Notes under the pieces: generated by a model | Seen by the model: the letters and a program-made list of their open reading frames with translations, nothing else | What the model was told of the DNA's origin: nothing | The model's database searches: none | Part shown: positions 38,801 through 48,902 of the stretch, piece after piece | Position numbering within the stretch: the first letter of the stretch is position 1 | How the letters are laid out: each line of letters starts with the position of its first letter | DNA from: Octopus vulgaris | Taxonomy: Eukaryota | Length of the DNA stretch: 64,000 nucleotides | Direction: 5' to 3' | Assembly (NCBI GenBank): GCA_951406725.2 | Contig: OX597816.1 | Span: 154,318,001-154,382,000, forward strand | Program-made: the position numbers and the translations under genes

Positions 38801-40824
38801 AAAATGCGCACTCGCGAAAGAGGGGTGGGGAGAGGCATCGGAAAATTTATATCGGGAATTTCTGAAAGCGTCTGAACCGGGCACAAAAACAAAAACAGCG
38901 TAATAGGTGTGAAACAACTTGCTCTAAACGAATATGATTAAAAAAATGCGCGCTCGCGAAAGGGGGGTGTGGGAGAGGCTTCGGAAATTTCCCATCTTCA
39001 GTCCACAGCCTTTAAACTAAGAAAAAATAGTGTAATTGGTGTAAAACTACTTGTTCTAAACTAGTATCAAGAACACACACTCACACATGAATCATAAACT
39101 CCAGGGGTACTATTGAAATCTTGAATGATGTCCGTTTGATAAAGGAAGCTGATAAAGTTGGAGCTTCTGAGGCTACATTGCTAAACATGTTAAACATCTC
39201 ACCATTTTCATATGGTTTAGTTATTGAGCAAGGTAGGTTGCGTATAATTTATTTTGCAGTCCTCAAGAATGATGAAAAAAAAAGAATGACTTTCGCTCTA
39301 CTGAAAACTATGTAGATTCTTTATCACTGACTTAAGGGCTTTATTTATTTAGTGTCTTGTCCGATTTATATTTAATTTTTTTGTTCATTCTTATACGGTT
39401 AATATAAAGCGTTACGCCTTTCAGAAAATCAAAAAAAAATGTGTGTAATAGGTGTAAAACAACTTCCTATGAACGAATATGAAAAAAAAAAATGTCCGCA
39501 CGCGAAAGGGGGGTGGGGGAGAGGCCACGGAAAATTCACATCGGGAAGTTCCGAAAGCGTCTGAGGGGCCTCCCCGGGCACCAAAAAAAAAATAGTGTAA
39601 TATGTGTAAAACAACTTTCTCTAAACGAATAAAAATGCGCACTCGCGAAAGAGGGGTGGGGAGAGGCTTCGGAAAATTTATATCGGGAATTTCCGAAAGC
39701 GTCTGAATCGGGCACAAAAACAGCGTAATAGGTGTAAAACAACTTGCTCTAAACGAATATGATTAAAAAAATGCGCGCTCGCAAAAGGGGGGTGTGGGAG
39801 AGGCTTCGGAAATTTCCCATCTTCAGTCCACAGCCTTTAAACTAAGAAAAAATAGTGTAATTGGTGTAAAACTACTTGTTCTAAACTAGTATCAAGAACA
39901 CACATGAATCATAAACTCCAGGGGTACTATTGAAATCTTGAATGATGTCTGTTTGATAAAGGAAGCTGATAAAGTTGGAGCTTCTGAGGCTACATTGCTA
40001 AACATGTTAAACATCTCACCATTTTCATATGGTTTAGTTATTGAGCAAGGTAGGTTGCGTATAATTTATTTTGCAGCCCTCAAGAATGATGAAAAAAAGA
40101 ATGACTTTCGCTCTACTGAAAACTATGTAGATTCTTTATCACTGACTTAAGGGCTTTATTTATTAGTGTCTTGTCTGATTTATATTTAATTTTTTTGTTT
40201 ATTCTTATACTAGTGTTTTTATTCTTATACTAGTGTATGACTCTGGAACTGTTTTTGCACCTGGTGTCTTGGACATTACTGATGATGATATCCGTAAGAA
40301 GTTCATGGCTGTAAGTACTTTTTTCATTTATAAACTCGTTGCAGAATGTTTAAAACTGCCTTCATCATGATATTCAAGTAATATATATATCTTCTTTGCA
40401 GGGTGTGACAAATGTTGCCAGCTTGTCTCTGGCTATTGGATATCCAACATTGGCTTCTATACCACATCTTCTTGTCAATGGCTTCAAAAATCTGGTTGCT
40501 ATATCTTTGGAAACAGATATTGAGTTTGAAGAAGCAAAAGAGGTATATTAGTTTTGAATTTTTTTTTTTTTTTTTCACTTGTTAAATCTGTCAATAAATT
40601 ACATCTGTGTTTTTATTGGATGAAACTATGAAAATGATTTGTATTTTCAGATCAAAGAGTTGTTATCAGATCCTGAGAAGATGGCAGCTGCTCTGGCAGC
40701 AAGTGCTGCTAGTACTGCTGCTGCAGCTCCTGCAGCTGCCTCTGCAGCAGAGGAAAAGAAGGAAGAAAAAGTAGAGTCTGAAGAAGAGTCTGACGAGGAC
40801 ATGGGTCTTGGCTTGTTTGATTAA
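35814..40824 (+). CDS. RPLP0: 60S acidic ribosomal protein P0 (uL10), 8 coding exons, 321 aa
   Basis: Coding exons are 35814-35867, 36209-36308, 36847-36922, 37961-38048, 38137-38392, 40234-40310, 40402-40542 and 40651-40824. All introns are GT-AG with consistent phases (966 nt total). The protein runs [36 protein letters not shown]...[19 protein letters not shown] at 40829. Confidence 0.97.
35903..36140 (+). ncRNA. SNORA73: U17/SNORA73/snR30 H/ACA snoRNA, copy C (RPLP0 intron 2)
   Basis: Almost identical to copy B including flanks. H box AAATAA, m1 and m2 present, ACA at 36135-36137. Confidence 0.9.
36209..36308 (+). CDS. RPLP0: RPLP0 exon 3
   Basis: tttcag|[33 protein letters not shown]|gtgaga. 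Confidence 0.95.
36628..36752 (+). ncRNA. SNORD22: U22/SNORD22 C/D snoRNA (RPLP0 intron 3)
   Basis: C box ATGATGA at 36634, D box CTGA at 36744 and terminal stem ggtgt/acacc. The central AAAGGTTGAACCCACT and the 3' hairpin plus TGTCTGA match recalled human U22 (AAAGGTGAACCCACT...TGTCTGA). Length is 125 nt. Confidence 0.8.
36847..36922 (+). CDS. RPLP0: RPLP0 exon 4
   Basis: [24 protein letters not shown] with canonical splice sites. Confidence 0.95.
36957..37093 (+). ncRNA. Box H/ACA guide snoRNA (RPLP0 intron 4)
   Basis: Hairpin 1 has stems ccagtt/aactgg and ttgctt/aagcaa. H box ATAATA at 37018. Hairpin 2 has stems tcactt/aagtga and ttgtagt/actacaa. ACA at 37088-37090. About 137 nt. Confidence 0.75.
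37580..37842 (+). mobile_element. SINE or RTE-related 3' tail in RPLP0 intron 4
   Basis: ggttggcgttaggaagggcatccagctgtagaaac...catggaaagcggatgttaaacgatgat. Related copies lie at 12080-12180, 56675-56780 and, reversed, 62660-62890. Confidence 0.75.
37961..38048 (+). CDS. RPLP0: RPLP0 exon 5
   Basis: [29 protein letters not shown] with canonical splice sites. Confidence 0.95.
38137..38392 (+). CDS. RPLP0: RPLP0 exon 6
   Basis: [35 protein letters not shown]...[12 protein letters not shown], donor gtaggt. Confidence 0.95.
38419..38497 (+). ncRNA. SNORD59: SNORD59/snR54-like C/D snoRNA, copy 1
   Basis: C box ATGATGA at 38429, guide AATGACTTTCGCTCT before D' CTGA at 38459, D box CTGA at 38485, terminal stem gccctcaag/cttaagggc. 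The guide matches recalled human SNORD59 (AATGACTTTCGTTCTTCTGA) except at two positions. Confidence 0.85.
38572..39098 (+). mobile_element. Single arm of a modular foldback-type transposon, copy 1
   Basis: Starts GGTTAA and contains three ~130-nt modules (gtaaaacaacttgctctaaacgaat...cgcgaaaggggtggggagagg...cggaaa). Homologous to arms 42657-43069 and 43820-44225. Confidence 0.8.
39099..39232 (+). pseudogene. Duplicated 3' half of RPLP0 exon 6 (pseudo-exon, copy 2)
   Basis: Identical to 38259-38392 at offset 840. It keeps the donor but not the native acceptor. Confidence 0.9.
39259..39339 (+). ncRNA. SNORD59: SNORD59/snR54-like C/D snoRNA, copy 2
   Basis: Same boxes and guide as copy 1, with a longer A run and one C>T change in the 5' stem. 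Confidence 0.8.
39397..39915 (+). mobile_element. Single arm of the foldback-type transposon, copy 2
   Basis: Tandem copy of 38572-39098 with scattered substitutions and small indels. Confidence 0.8.
39916..40049 (+). pseudogene. Duplicated 3' half of RPLP0 exon 6 (pseudo-exon, copy 3)
   Basis: Copy of 38259-38392 with one C>T change (CGT>TGT, R>C). The donor is retained. Confidence 0.9.
40076..40154 (+). ncRNA. SNORD59: SNORD59/snR54-like C/D snoRNA, copy 3
   Basis: C box at 40086, D box at 40142 and an intact stem. It lies about 80 nt upstream of the exon 7 acceptor, the usual position for intronic C/D snoRNAs. Confidence 0.87.
40234..40310 (+). CDS. RPLP0: RPLP0 exon 7
   Basis: (V)[25 protein letters not shown] followed by gtaagt. 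Confidence 0.93.
40402..40542 (+). CDS. RPLP0: RPLP0 exon 8
   Basis: [47 protein letters not shown]. Confidence 0.95.
40651..40824 (+). CDS. RPLP0: RPLP0 exon 9 (terminal)
   Basis: [10 protein letters not shown], Ala-rich hinge, acidic tail [13 protein letters not shown], stop TAA. Confidence 0.96.
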   Translation: MKELLSDPEKMAAALAASAASTAAAAPAAASAAEEKKEEKVESEEESDEDMGLGLFD

Positions 40825-42169
40825 AGATAATAAACATCACTTTCATCTTGGAATTGGGTTTTTGTTTTTCACATGGTTGATAGACTATTTTTGCTTCTAG
40901 TTTTCTTAGTGACTGAGATGCAACTGGGCAGTGGAAAATCATTTATTTAATTGGTGACTTGATGACCTGTATTAGTCTATGGGTTTCACAAGACAGTTCT
41001 TTGCTAATACTGCTTTGGAGTAGGAATGAGTGGAACTACTGTTGGAAAAACTAGCTTCTAAACTGCACACAAATATTAAAATGCCTTCTTAGGTCATGGG
41101 CAGAAGTACAAGTCAAGGCAAGGTTTATGGAAGTCTAGCAGTTGCTCATGCATACTAGTTGTGCCATTGATGCCATGCAAGGCAAAGGCTGATACATATT
41201 GATATTGCAAGGACATGATGCAGCATGGTCTGGAAATTGAATACCCACCTGGTCGTGAGACAGGCTCTTACACTGAGCCATGCACCCTCTCTGAACTGCA
41301 CATTCATGACTATACACACTGCTTTTTATGTTATGGAAGTGCTGTTTGGGATTTTTCATAGGATTCCATAAACATTCTGCAATTTAAACTTCACATACTG
41401 TAATCTGGGGTGAATGGGGACAATTTTGAGGTTCAAATGCATGTCATTAAGCAACTGCAAATAGCATTTACTGATTTAGTTCATTGAAATTTTATCAAAA
41501 TTCGTCGGTGCACCGTTTTTATAAAAAACCACTGACCCTATTCACCCTGTCAATTGGGGTGAATGGGGATAGTTGTCTACAACACACTATTGGACCTATT
41601 AAACTAGCTGCAGGGTGAATACAGATAAATAACTGGTAAAGAAAGTGGTATGAAGTGAACAGATTATTGGCAGAATAAACGAGATTTAGTTATTTTCAAC
41701 ATGAGACAAATGGCACTGTTCTTAATTATAGTTTCTGATTAAATCCATGTCTGGCAACTGATCTGAGATGGAATGTTGCTTACGATTTAAATCCAAATAT
41801 ATCTCTGCTGTTGATGATCAGTTGTTGGTATTGATACAGTTGTCATTCTCGTCTGTTTTGCCATCATTATCATTTGTCTCCATATCCTCTCCAGAGTGTA
41901 TACCCTTATCAGCATCCTGTGGAACACCTCGCGAAGTTTCCTCACTTTTACCAGGTTCTACTGTCACTTTTCATTCTTTTAAACTGTCTGAGAAATGACA
42001 TCCCAAATTTACACAAGGCATATTCCCTTTGAATCTTTTCAAATCAACACCTAAGTATCCTTTAACAATCAGTCGCAAATCACGAGTCCATCGGATAGCC
42101 CCAAGTGGCACACACTATGAGCCTTTGTACAAGAAATCCCTCCTCAATGATAAAAGTCTGTTCACCATG

Positions 42170-42512
42170 TTAACTCTTATTTTTTCAGTCATTTGACTGG
42201 GGGCATGCTGGAGCACCGCCTTTAGTCGAGCAAATGGACCCTAGTACTTATTCTATTGGTCTGTTTTGCCGAACTGCTAAGTTACAGGGATCTAAACACC
42301 ATCGGTTGTCAAGCAATGTTAGGGGAGACGTGTATGTATGTATATATATATATATACGACGGGCTTTCAGTTTCCATCTACTAAATCCACTCAAGGCTTA
42401 GATTAGCCCAAGGCTATAAGTAGAAGACAGTTGCTCAAGGTGCCACGCAGTGAAACTGAGCCTGGCACTGGTTCGTAAGCATGCTACTTACCACACAGCT
42501 ACTCCTATGCCA
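42170..42512 (-). mobile_element. tRNA-derived SINE inside the pogo element
   Basis: Reverse complement of the 8995-9433 family. Confidence 0.85.
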
Positions 42513-42656
42513 TCATATTTTTCCCCAACTTGATGTGCCAATAAAGAACACTTAGAAATTTTGAAGTCCTTCTGCTTTTCTGAGTGTCATTCTGTTGGTG
42601 AAGGCTCTTTTGGCAGCCTCTAGCCACTCAGGATCTATTTTGGTGTATTTTTTTTC

Positions 42657-44225
42657 GGTTAAACACAAAAAAAAAATTTTTTGTAATAGGCGTAAAACAA
42701 CTTCTAAACGTATATGAAAAAAAAAAATGCGCGCACGCGAAAGGGGAGGAGAGGCCTCGGAAAATTCATATCGGGAATTTCCGAAAGCGTCTGACCCGGG
42801 CACAATAACAAAAATAGTGTGAAAGGTGTAAAACAACTTGCTCTAAACGAATATGATGAAAAAAAATGTGCGCTCGCGAAAGGGGTGGGGAGGGGGAGAG
42901 GCCTCGGAAATTTCACATCTTCAGTCCACGGTCTTTAAACTTAGAAAAAAATAGTGTAATTGGTGTAAAACTAGTTCTAAACGATTATCAAGAACACGCT
43001 CACACATGAATCATAAACTCCGTATTTTTGTACGTATTTCGCAAAAGAAAATTCTGGAAAAAGTGAAGAAATGTTGGATCTCCGCCGTATGAATCAAAAT
43101 GCGTGACAGAATCTAACTATATATAAATCAATTGACAATGCATATGGATTCGTCTTTCTCTTTGCTTAGTCGTTTTTACCGAATTTTATTTGGCCTGATT
43201 AAGTTTATAAGTATTTTCTCCATTTCAGATAAGCATCTGATGGGTATTTTACAGATTTACTAGCGTAGCAAGATTGTACTCAGTTGGCTACAATAGGTTA
43301 TAACATACTGTATGATTGTATTAAGTTCCAGTAAAAATAATAAAATAAAAAGTAAGCAGATCATTTTTTTTAAAGAATAATATAAATGTACGTTTGTAAT
43401 GTACACTTTTAAAATTCTCGGGTATCTATCTATCAAACAAATATCAAGTGTTTTAAAATTTGTTCAGTGGAAAAAACAGGTGAGATAAATTTGGTCGTTC
43501 CTCCCTAAGTCTAGAATAACAAAGTAATATTAATCATAATTTTCCAAAAAGCCTAACAATTTGCAAATGTTTAGCTCTAAGTGCAGAATATTTTCATTTC
43601 TATTACCAGCAGGTCATCTATTAGTTAACAGCAAGAAAAAGATTAACTGCGATAAATGCATTTTCATTCGGAAGGATTATAAATAAACCAATCAAAGAAT
43701 GTTTCGCTTCACCTAAGTGTGTTTAACTGTATTTCTTGAAAAGATCTTGTAGAAAAACATGGTACTAACAAGTGAAATTAAGTTATCTCATAAGGAATGT
43801 TTTCTTTAACTTTAAAATATCTTCACTTTTTCCAGAATTTTTTCTTTTTTTTTTTTTTTTTTTGCGAAATACGGAGTTTATGATTCATGTGTGCTCTTGA
43901 TAATCGTTTAGAACTAGTTTTACACCAATTACACTATTTTTTTCTTAGTTTAAATGCCGTGGACTGAAGATGTGAAATTTCCGAGGCCTCGCGAGCGTGC
44001 ATTTTTTTCATCATATTTGTTTAGAGCAAGTTGTTTTACACCTATCACACTTTTTGTTTCTGTGCCCGGGTCAGACGCTTTCGGAAATTCCTGATGTGAA
44101 TTTTCCGAGGCCTCTCCTCCACTCCCCTTTCGCGCATTTTTTTTTTTTCATTCGTTTAGAGGAAGTTGTTTTACGCCTATTACAAAAAATTTTTTTTTGT
44201 TTTTTTGACTGGGTTTAACGCTTTA
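42657..44225. mobile_element. Foldback-type element with ~410-bp modular inverted arms and a 750-bp spacer
   Basis: 42657-43069 and 43820-44225 are reverse complements built from the same modules as the arms in RPLP0 intron 6. The element splits the pogo transposase N-terminus. Confidence 0.85.
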
Positions 44226-46326
44226 GTTTTCTTCCCAGGAACTGGTCTGCACTGTTGCAGCATGGTGTCCCTATTCACCCTTACAAAACACCAAAGTAGG
44301 AGTAAAAGCAGAAATAGGATAACAATGGATTTTCCAGGAAATCAGAGGTGCACTGTTTGGAAACCTGCTGCAAGAGACTGAGTGGGTTGGAGTACCCTTG
44401 CTGGTACAACCTCTCCTGCAGAAAGAAAGTTCTGACAACTTTACCTTTTTTGTGACAAAAATGAAACTGGGAATTCCGGTTGCCATGGCTACTGGCAGGG
44501 TGATAATATCAAAGTGATCTCATTGAATGAAAGGCATATGTACCTACAAAATAACTAGAAGAAACAGCACAATTTGAGTCTTCTCAAATTTATTGTTCTA
44601 AAATACTTTTTCCAGGTTATTGTCCCTATTCACCCTGGTAGAAAGGGGAAGTTGACAGTGAACTAGTCATGAAATTACAAAGCTGGTTGACAGATGAGCT
44701 TTACACAAAGCAATTTGGGCTTCTGGTTCTATTGCTGTTTACTTATGAAACCAGTATAAGCATAGGTAAATATTTAATATTTGGTTCGCTTTCTATTGAA
44801 CTGGATCTAGTGTGACTAGTGGAAGTTAGGTGAGTGTAAATGGAAAGTTCAAAGTAGCTAAAAGCAGGAGTTAATTATTCTGAAGTTGCACTTGCTATGC
44901 ATAATAATAAGTCATAACATGGATTACAATGGGAGAAAATTGCTCACCTACAAACTTTGCATTTATCCAAAATGTAAAGAATTACTTAAAACTTTCCAGA
45001 CTGCAGCCCTTAAAATCTTGACCAATCCTCCATTGCTTTCACTTCTGAACAGTAATAGCTACATTTGGAATATTTCCACAAACATAATATAACTATACAG
45101 TGAATTGCCAAAAATGTTCTTATATATTCATGCATCTTCAGTTTCATCAAACTCCCCAATACACTGTTCTGATCTGTGGCATATCCCCCAAATGAACTAT
45201 CAAGCAAACTATTGAGGAAAATAATTAACAACCATCTTGAATTTGTTGCTCATAATTTGTACGTTATCCCAACTATTTCTGACCCTTATGTCTGTCCTAC
45301 CCAGGTTCTAGCTAAACCTTCCCTTGAATATCAATCCTCTAGAATTTCTCTGCCTATTCCCCCCACCCCGTAACTTTCAGCTTTAAATCATGAACTATAT
45401 TATCACTGGTTTTAGAGAGCTGGTAAGGAGCATAATCAAATCCCCCGCTTTTAGGTTAAAAAAAAAACAAACCTAGTCAGTGCTTATTAATGCTATGCTT
45501 TTTAAAGTTACATCAAAGGTCAGTTTTATGTCACAGGGAATAAAATCGACCTTTAATTCATTACTTTAAAATTGGAGATTTACACAATCAAAAAAAAATT
45601 TTTATTATTGCCTATAGTGAACGGTAAGTACATAGTAGTACATTTCTGTAGTGTAATGCATTATTTTGTAATGACAAATCTCCACTGAATATTTCCTTTA
45701 TGAAATGAAGTTGTGGTTTTACAAAAGATGTCTGACTACCTAGTATTTCATAGAAACAGCCGCGTCAAATTATAACTATGTGATCAGTAATTTGTGCACA
45801 ACTTGCTTATCGTAGCTGTAATTGTTTTCAAGATAACGAAGTTATTTCCCTTCTGTTAACCGATTGAATTGTAGTCATAAGTGTCAAGTGTTTCCTCTTT
45901 CATTGTACCTGATAGTGGAAAGTAAAAGCTGGTGTAATCAAGTTGATTGTTCAGTGCTTTCCTGTCTCTGAACCGTTAATATACCTCACTCTATAGTCTC
46001 TCTTTTAAGAATAAAATGTTTTTGTCACAATACTTACTTAAACATTTTTTCAACAAAGTGAGACTATTCTTACATTCTGAATACTTTTTATATTTTTAAA
46101 TTTCAGCTTCTTAGTCATGTTATGTCAGATAACATTTAGCAAACTGAAGACATTTGTTATCTGTAAATCTTTGAAATTCTCGATTATGGTTTCTTTTTAT
46201 TTTTTGGTTCTTACATAGTTCCTTAATGGGATTTTTACCTAAGGTAAAAGATCCCCTTAATGTTTCAGTTATATTTTATTAAATATAACCTGTGTGAATG
46301 TATAAATAGCAGCGGTTTGTTGGTGA

Positions 46327-47400
46327 GTGTTGTACCAGTGGAAAGGAATGTATTCGAACCTTAGCGAGTATGAACTATCCTCAGCAGAGGAGGAGCTCGA
46401 TAAGGCAGTAAACAGAATGGACGAGCATTTGGAAAGAGTAAAGAGTTTGGCTGAGGCTGCAGAGGTAAAGAATAGGGAAGTAGACCTAACCGGACCGAAG
46501 GAGCTGTGTAAGATGACAGAAGGTGGGCAGTGATGTAAAGTTAATACTCCCGAAAAGGGTTATGGTAAATATGGAAAAGAAAACCATTACCTACAAGGTG
46601 CACTCAGTGGAGAGTAGGAAGGTAGAACGGATGGAGATGGAAAAAGTAGAAAAAGCTCTGAAGGGGCTTTCAAAGGAAGTAAGATACAGCAAAAGGAAAC
46701 GGATATGGGATGGTGGTTGTCCAGTTTAGGACAGCAGAGGAGGTAAAGAGGCTGGCGAGTACAACTGTAAAAACTGAGGAACTAGTACTTCTACCCATGC
46801 ACCTTGGAAGAAAGACATCTAAGGTGAGGGTAGAAGGAATTCCACATGGCAGCTGTCTGTCCTCTATGCCACAGAGACGGAGAAAGGAAGCTATAAAGGA
46901 AAGATACTGGGAATTATCATACAAGTGGAGGCAAAGCAGCTGGAAAATTTGGCGGAAACGGTGACGTTGGGAGAAATAGCATTGAGAGTATGGGCAGAGG
47001 GCAGAATTCCGCAATGCTTTAAATGTGTCCAAAAAGGCTACATTGTCCTCTCCAGAAGAAAACAACAGATGAACCAGTTGTGGAGAAGGAGGGGAACAAA
47101 AGAAAGTCAGAGGAAAGGAGGAAGAATGGATAGTAACAGAGTATAAGGAAGAAAAGAAAGAATACTGATTGTGATGTGGTACCCCAGTCCAACTTCATCC
47201 TACCCACCCTATACAGACACAAGAACCATCCACTCCCTTTCCCCACAGGAAAAAAGAGCAGAAACCACAGAATTTAGAAGACATCTCCACTGGTGAAAAA
47301 GGTTACGAAAGAATGTTGTCATTGAGCGATAGTGAGAGTGGAAATAGAAGGACAAGACAAGAAACTAAAGACGAATTAGGACTCAGAGGCAGTGAGTGGT
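46327..47400 (+). mobile_element. Decayed gag-like LINE ORF1 (Tx1/L1-type) with zinc knuckle
   Basis: A chain of overlapping frameshifted ORFs (46327, 46523, 46710, 46925) with RRM-like segments and PQCFKCVQKGYI (decayed CX2CX4HX4C). Confidence 0.6.
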
Positions 47401-48193
47401 GTTACTCAGTGTAGAAATGGATGCAAATTTGTTATATAACAGGCAGAATTCTTATTCTGAAAAATACAATGTATCAACCCAAGTATCTTATTGATCCTAG
47501 AAGGTTGCAAAATTCAATAGAATTTCCTTTCAGAACAAAGTATTTTGTCACTCAAACAAATCTACTGGAGGGGCAAAAGTGATACATAGAAATTAACAAT
47601 TATTATATACTACATAAATCATATATCCCTGTTCTTCTAGAATTGCACTGTGCTGGAACAGCAACTTTTAGATATAATCCAAATACAACCTATCAGATCA
47701 TTAACATGTAAAATAGAAAATTTGGAATGAAAGAATGCAATTCGGCCTTCATTTAGTGTGTTTGCTTGGAACAAACTACTAATAGTGTGAAGTTCAACTG
47801 AGTACTTTGTAAATGAAAGGCTCATCAGTTATGTAGTACTGTGACTGCTTGGTATCGAACTATTTCCATATTGTACCTGCTTACAATTAAATGTCATGAC
47901 ATTAATACACTGCTGGTAACAGTATGAACTCCTGATCCTTTAGCTGGTAGTTGCTATGCAATTATAGCATACAGTTATAGTATTCAAGAAAGACCCCTTA
48001 CCTAAAAAAAAAAAAAAACTTTTTCAGCCTGTTGCTTGTTTAGAATGTCTGAGTATTTTTTTATACATAATAATCAGAGCAAGTGGTGATTAACCATTTA
48101 CATGAAAGCTAAAATATTTATCAATGTGCACAAATAAATATACCACCAATAAATTAGCTGGTTAAATCGAATCTGATATTATTTTATTTTACC

Positions 48194-48324
48194 GGGCGCC
48201 GTGCTTAAAGAGCGACAGCTGCCACCGGTTGTTAAAAATTGCGTCTCCGAAATCTCTTGATTGTGATTCCGCCCAGACGCTCGCAAATCGGCAACTGGGT
48301 GTCACTGACGACAAAGACCCTTTT
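48194..48324 (-). ncRNA. RNU11: U11 snRNA (minor spliceosome)
   Basis: The minus strand reads AAAAGGGTCTTTGTCGTCAGTGACAC...CGATT...GCGGAATCACAATCAAGAGATTTCGGA...AATTTTT...GGCAGCTG...CGGCGCCC, collinear with recalled human U11. About 131 nt. Confidence 0.92.
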
Positions 48325-48364
48325 AATAAACTAACATTTCATTAACTAATATATACCGCTACTA

Positions 48365-48381
48365 CAATAACTTTAAAGTGA
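48365..48381 (-). promoter_or_regulatory. Proximal sequence element (PSE) of the U11 gene
   Basis: TCACTTTAAAGTTATTG starts 57 nt upstream of the U11 5' end, which fits the expected PSE position and its TCAC start. Confidence 0.6.
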
Positions 48382-48902
48382 TATTGCAATTGAAGTTCTG
48401 CTTAAAATTTAAATAAAATCTAAATACAAGCAAATATAAGTACATTTTTCGATATTTACAAACAATATCTAATAATTTTCTGTTAGTAGTTAATTATTTT
48501 GTTTTAAAGTAAGCTAGGAAAATATCAAAAAAATTTATTTGGCATGTATTTCCAGACAATCTTTTCTAAAAGTATCCTACGTAAGGGAGGTAATTCATAG
48601 CAAATAGGTTCGCTCTTTAGAGATATCATACTTGCATTCAATGTCAGTAATAATTGAATAAGTTAAATAAAAATTTAAAAAATCGCTTCTACTAATACAT
48701 GACTCGTTACTCATACTTGATAATTCAGTTTATATAATAGTATTCTACGTTTGTGAAAAGAAAATCACGTTTCACTATCTTAAATTTGTGCGTGTTAGCG
48801 TTGATTTTTACCAGTTCTTTATCTTTCACAGCAACCACTGTCACTGATTTTATCTTTCAGTTATTTGGTTAACCGGTAATTTTCAGTTGTCTTTTCGACT
48901 CT

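Larger units (their letters stand above)
41398..44640 (-). mobile_element. Decayed pogo/Tigger-like DNA transposon interrupted by a SINE and a foldback element
   Basis: Repeated terminal and subterminal motif GGGTGAATRGGGAC or its complement at 41407, 41537, 41557, 44266 and 44621. The minus-strand transposase starts at ATG 44263 (MLQQCRPVPGKK). It resumes with HTH_psq KKYTKIDPEWLEAAKRAFTNRMTLRKAE (42555-42655), then a CENP-B-type HTH FLVQRLIVCATWGYPMD...DLRLIVKGYL (42000-42160). Confidence 0.75.

Noticed and set aside
38572-39915. Regularly spaced repeats resembling a CRISPR array
   Set aside because: The modules are ~130 nt, degenerate and lack unique spacers. The context is eukaryotic with no cas genes. 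They are foldback arm modules.
39121-40150. ORFs resembling extra RPLP0 genes
   Set aside because: They are partial exon 6 duplicates that run into intron sequence, with no native acceptor or start.
44900-45330. Faint Penelope RT-like motifs (also 7380-7790)
   Set aside because: Too decayed to call with confidence by eye.
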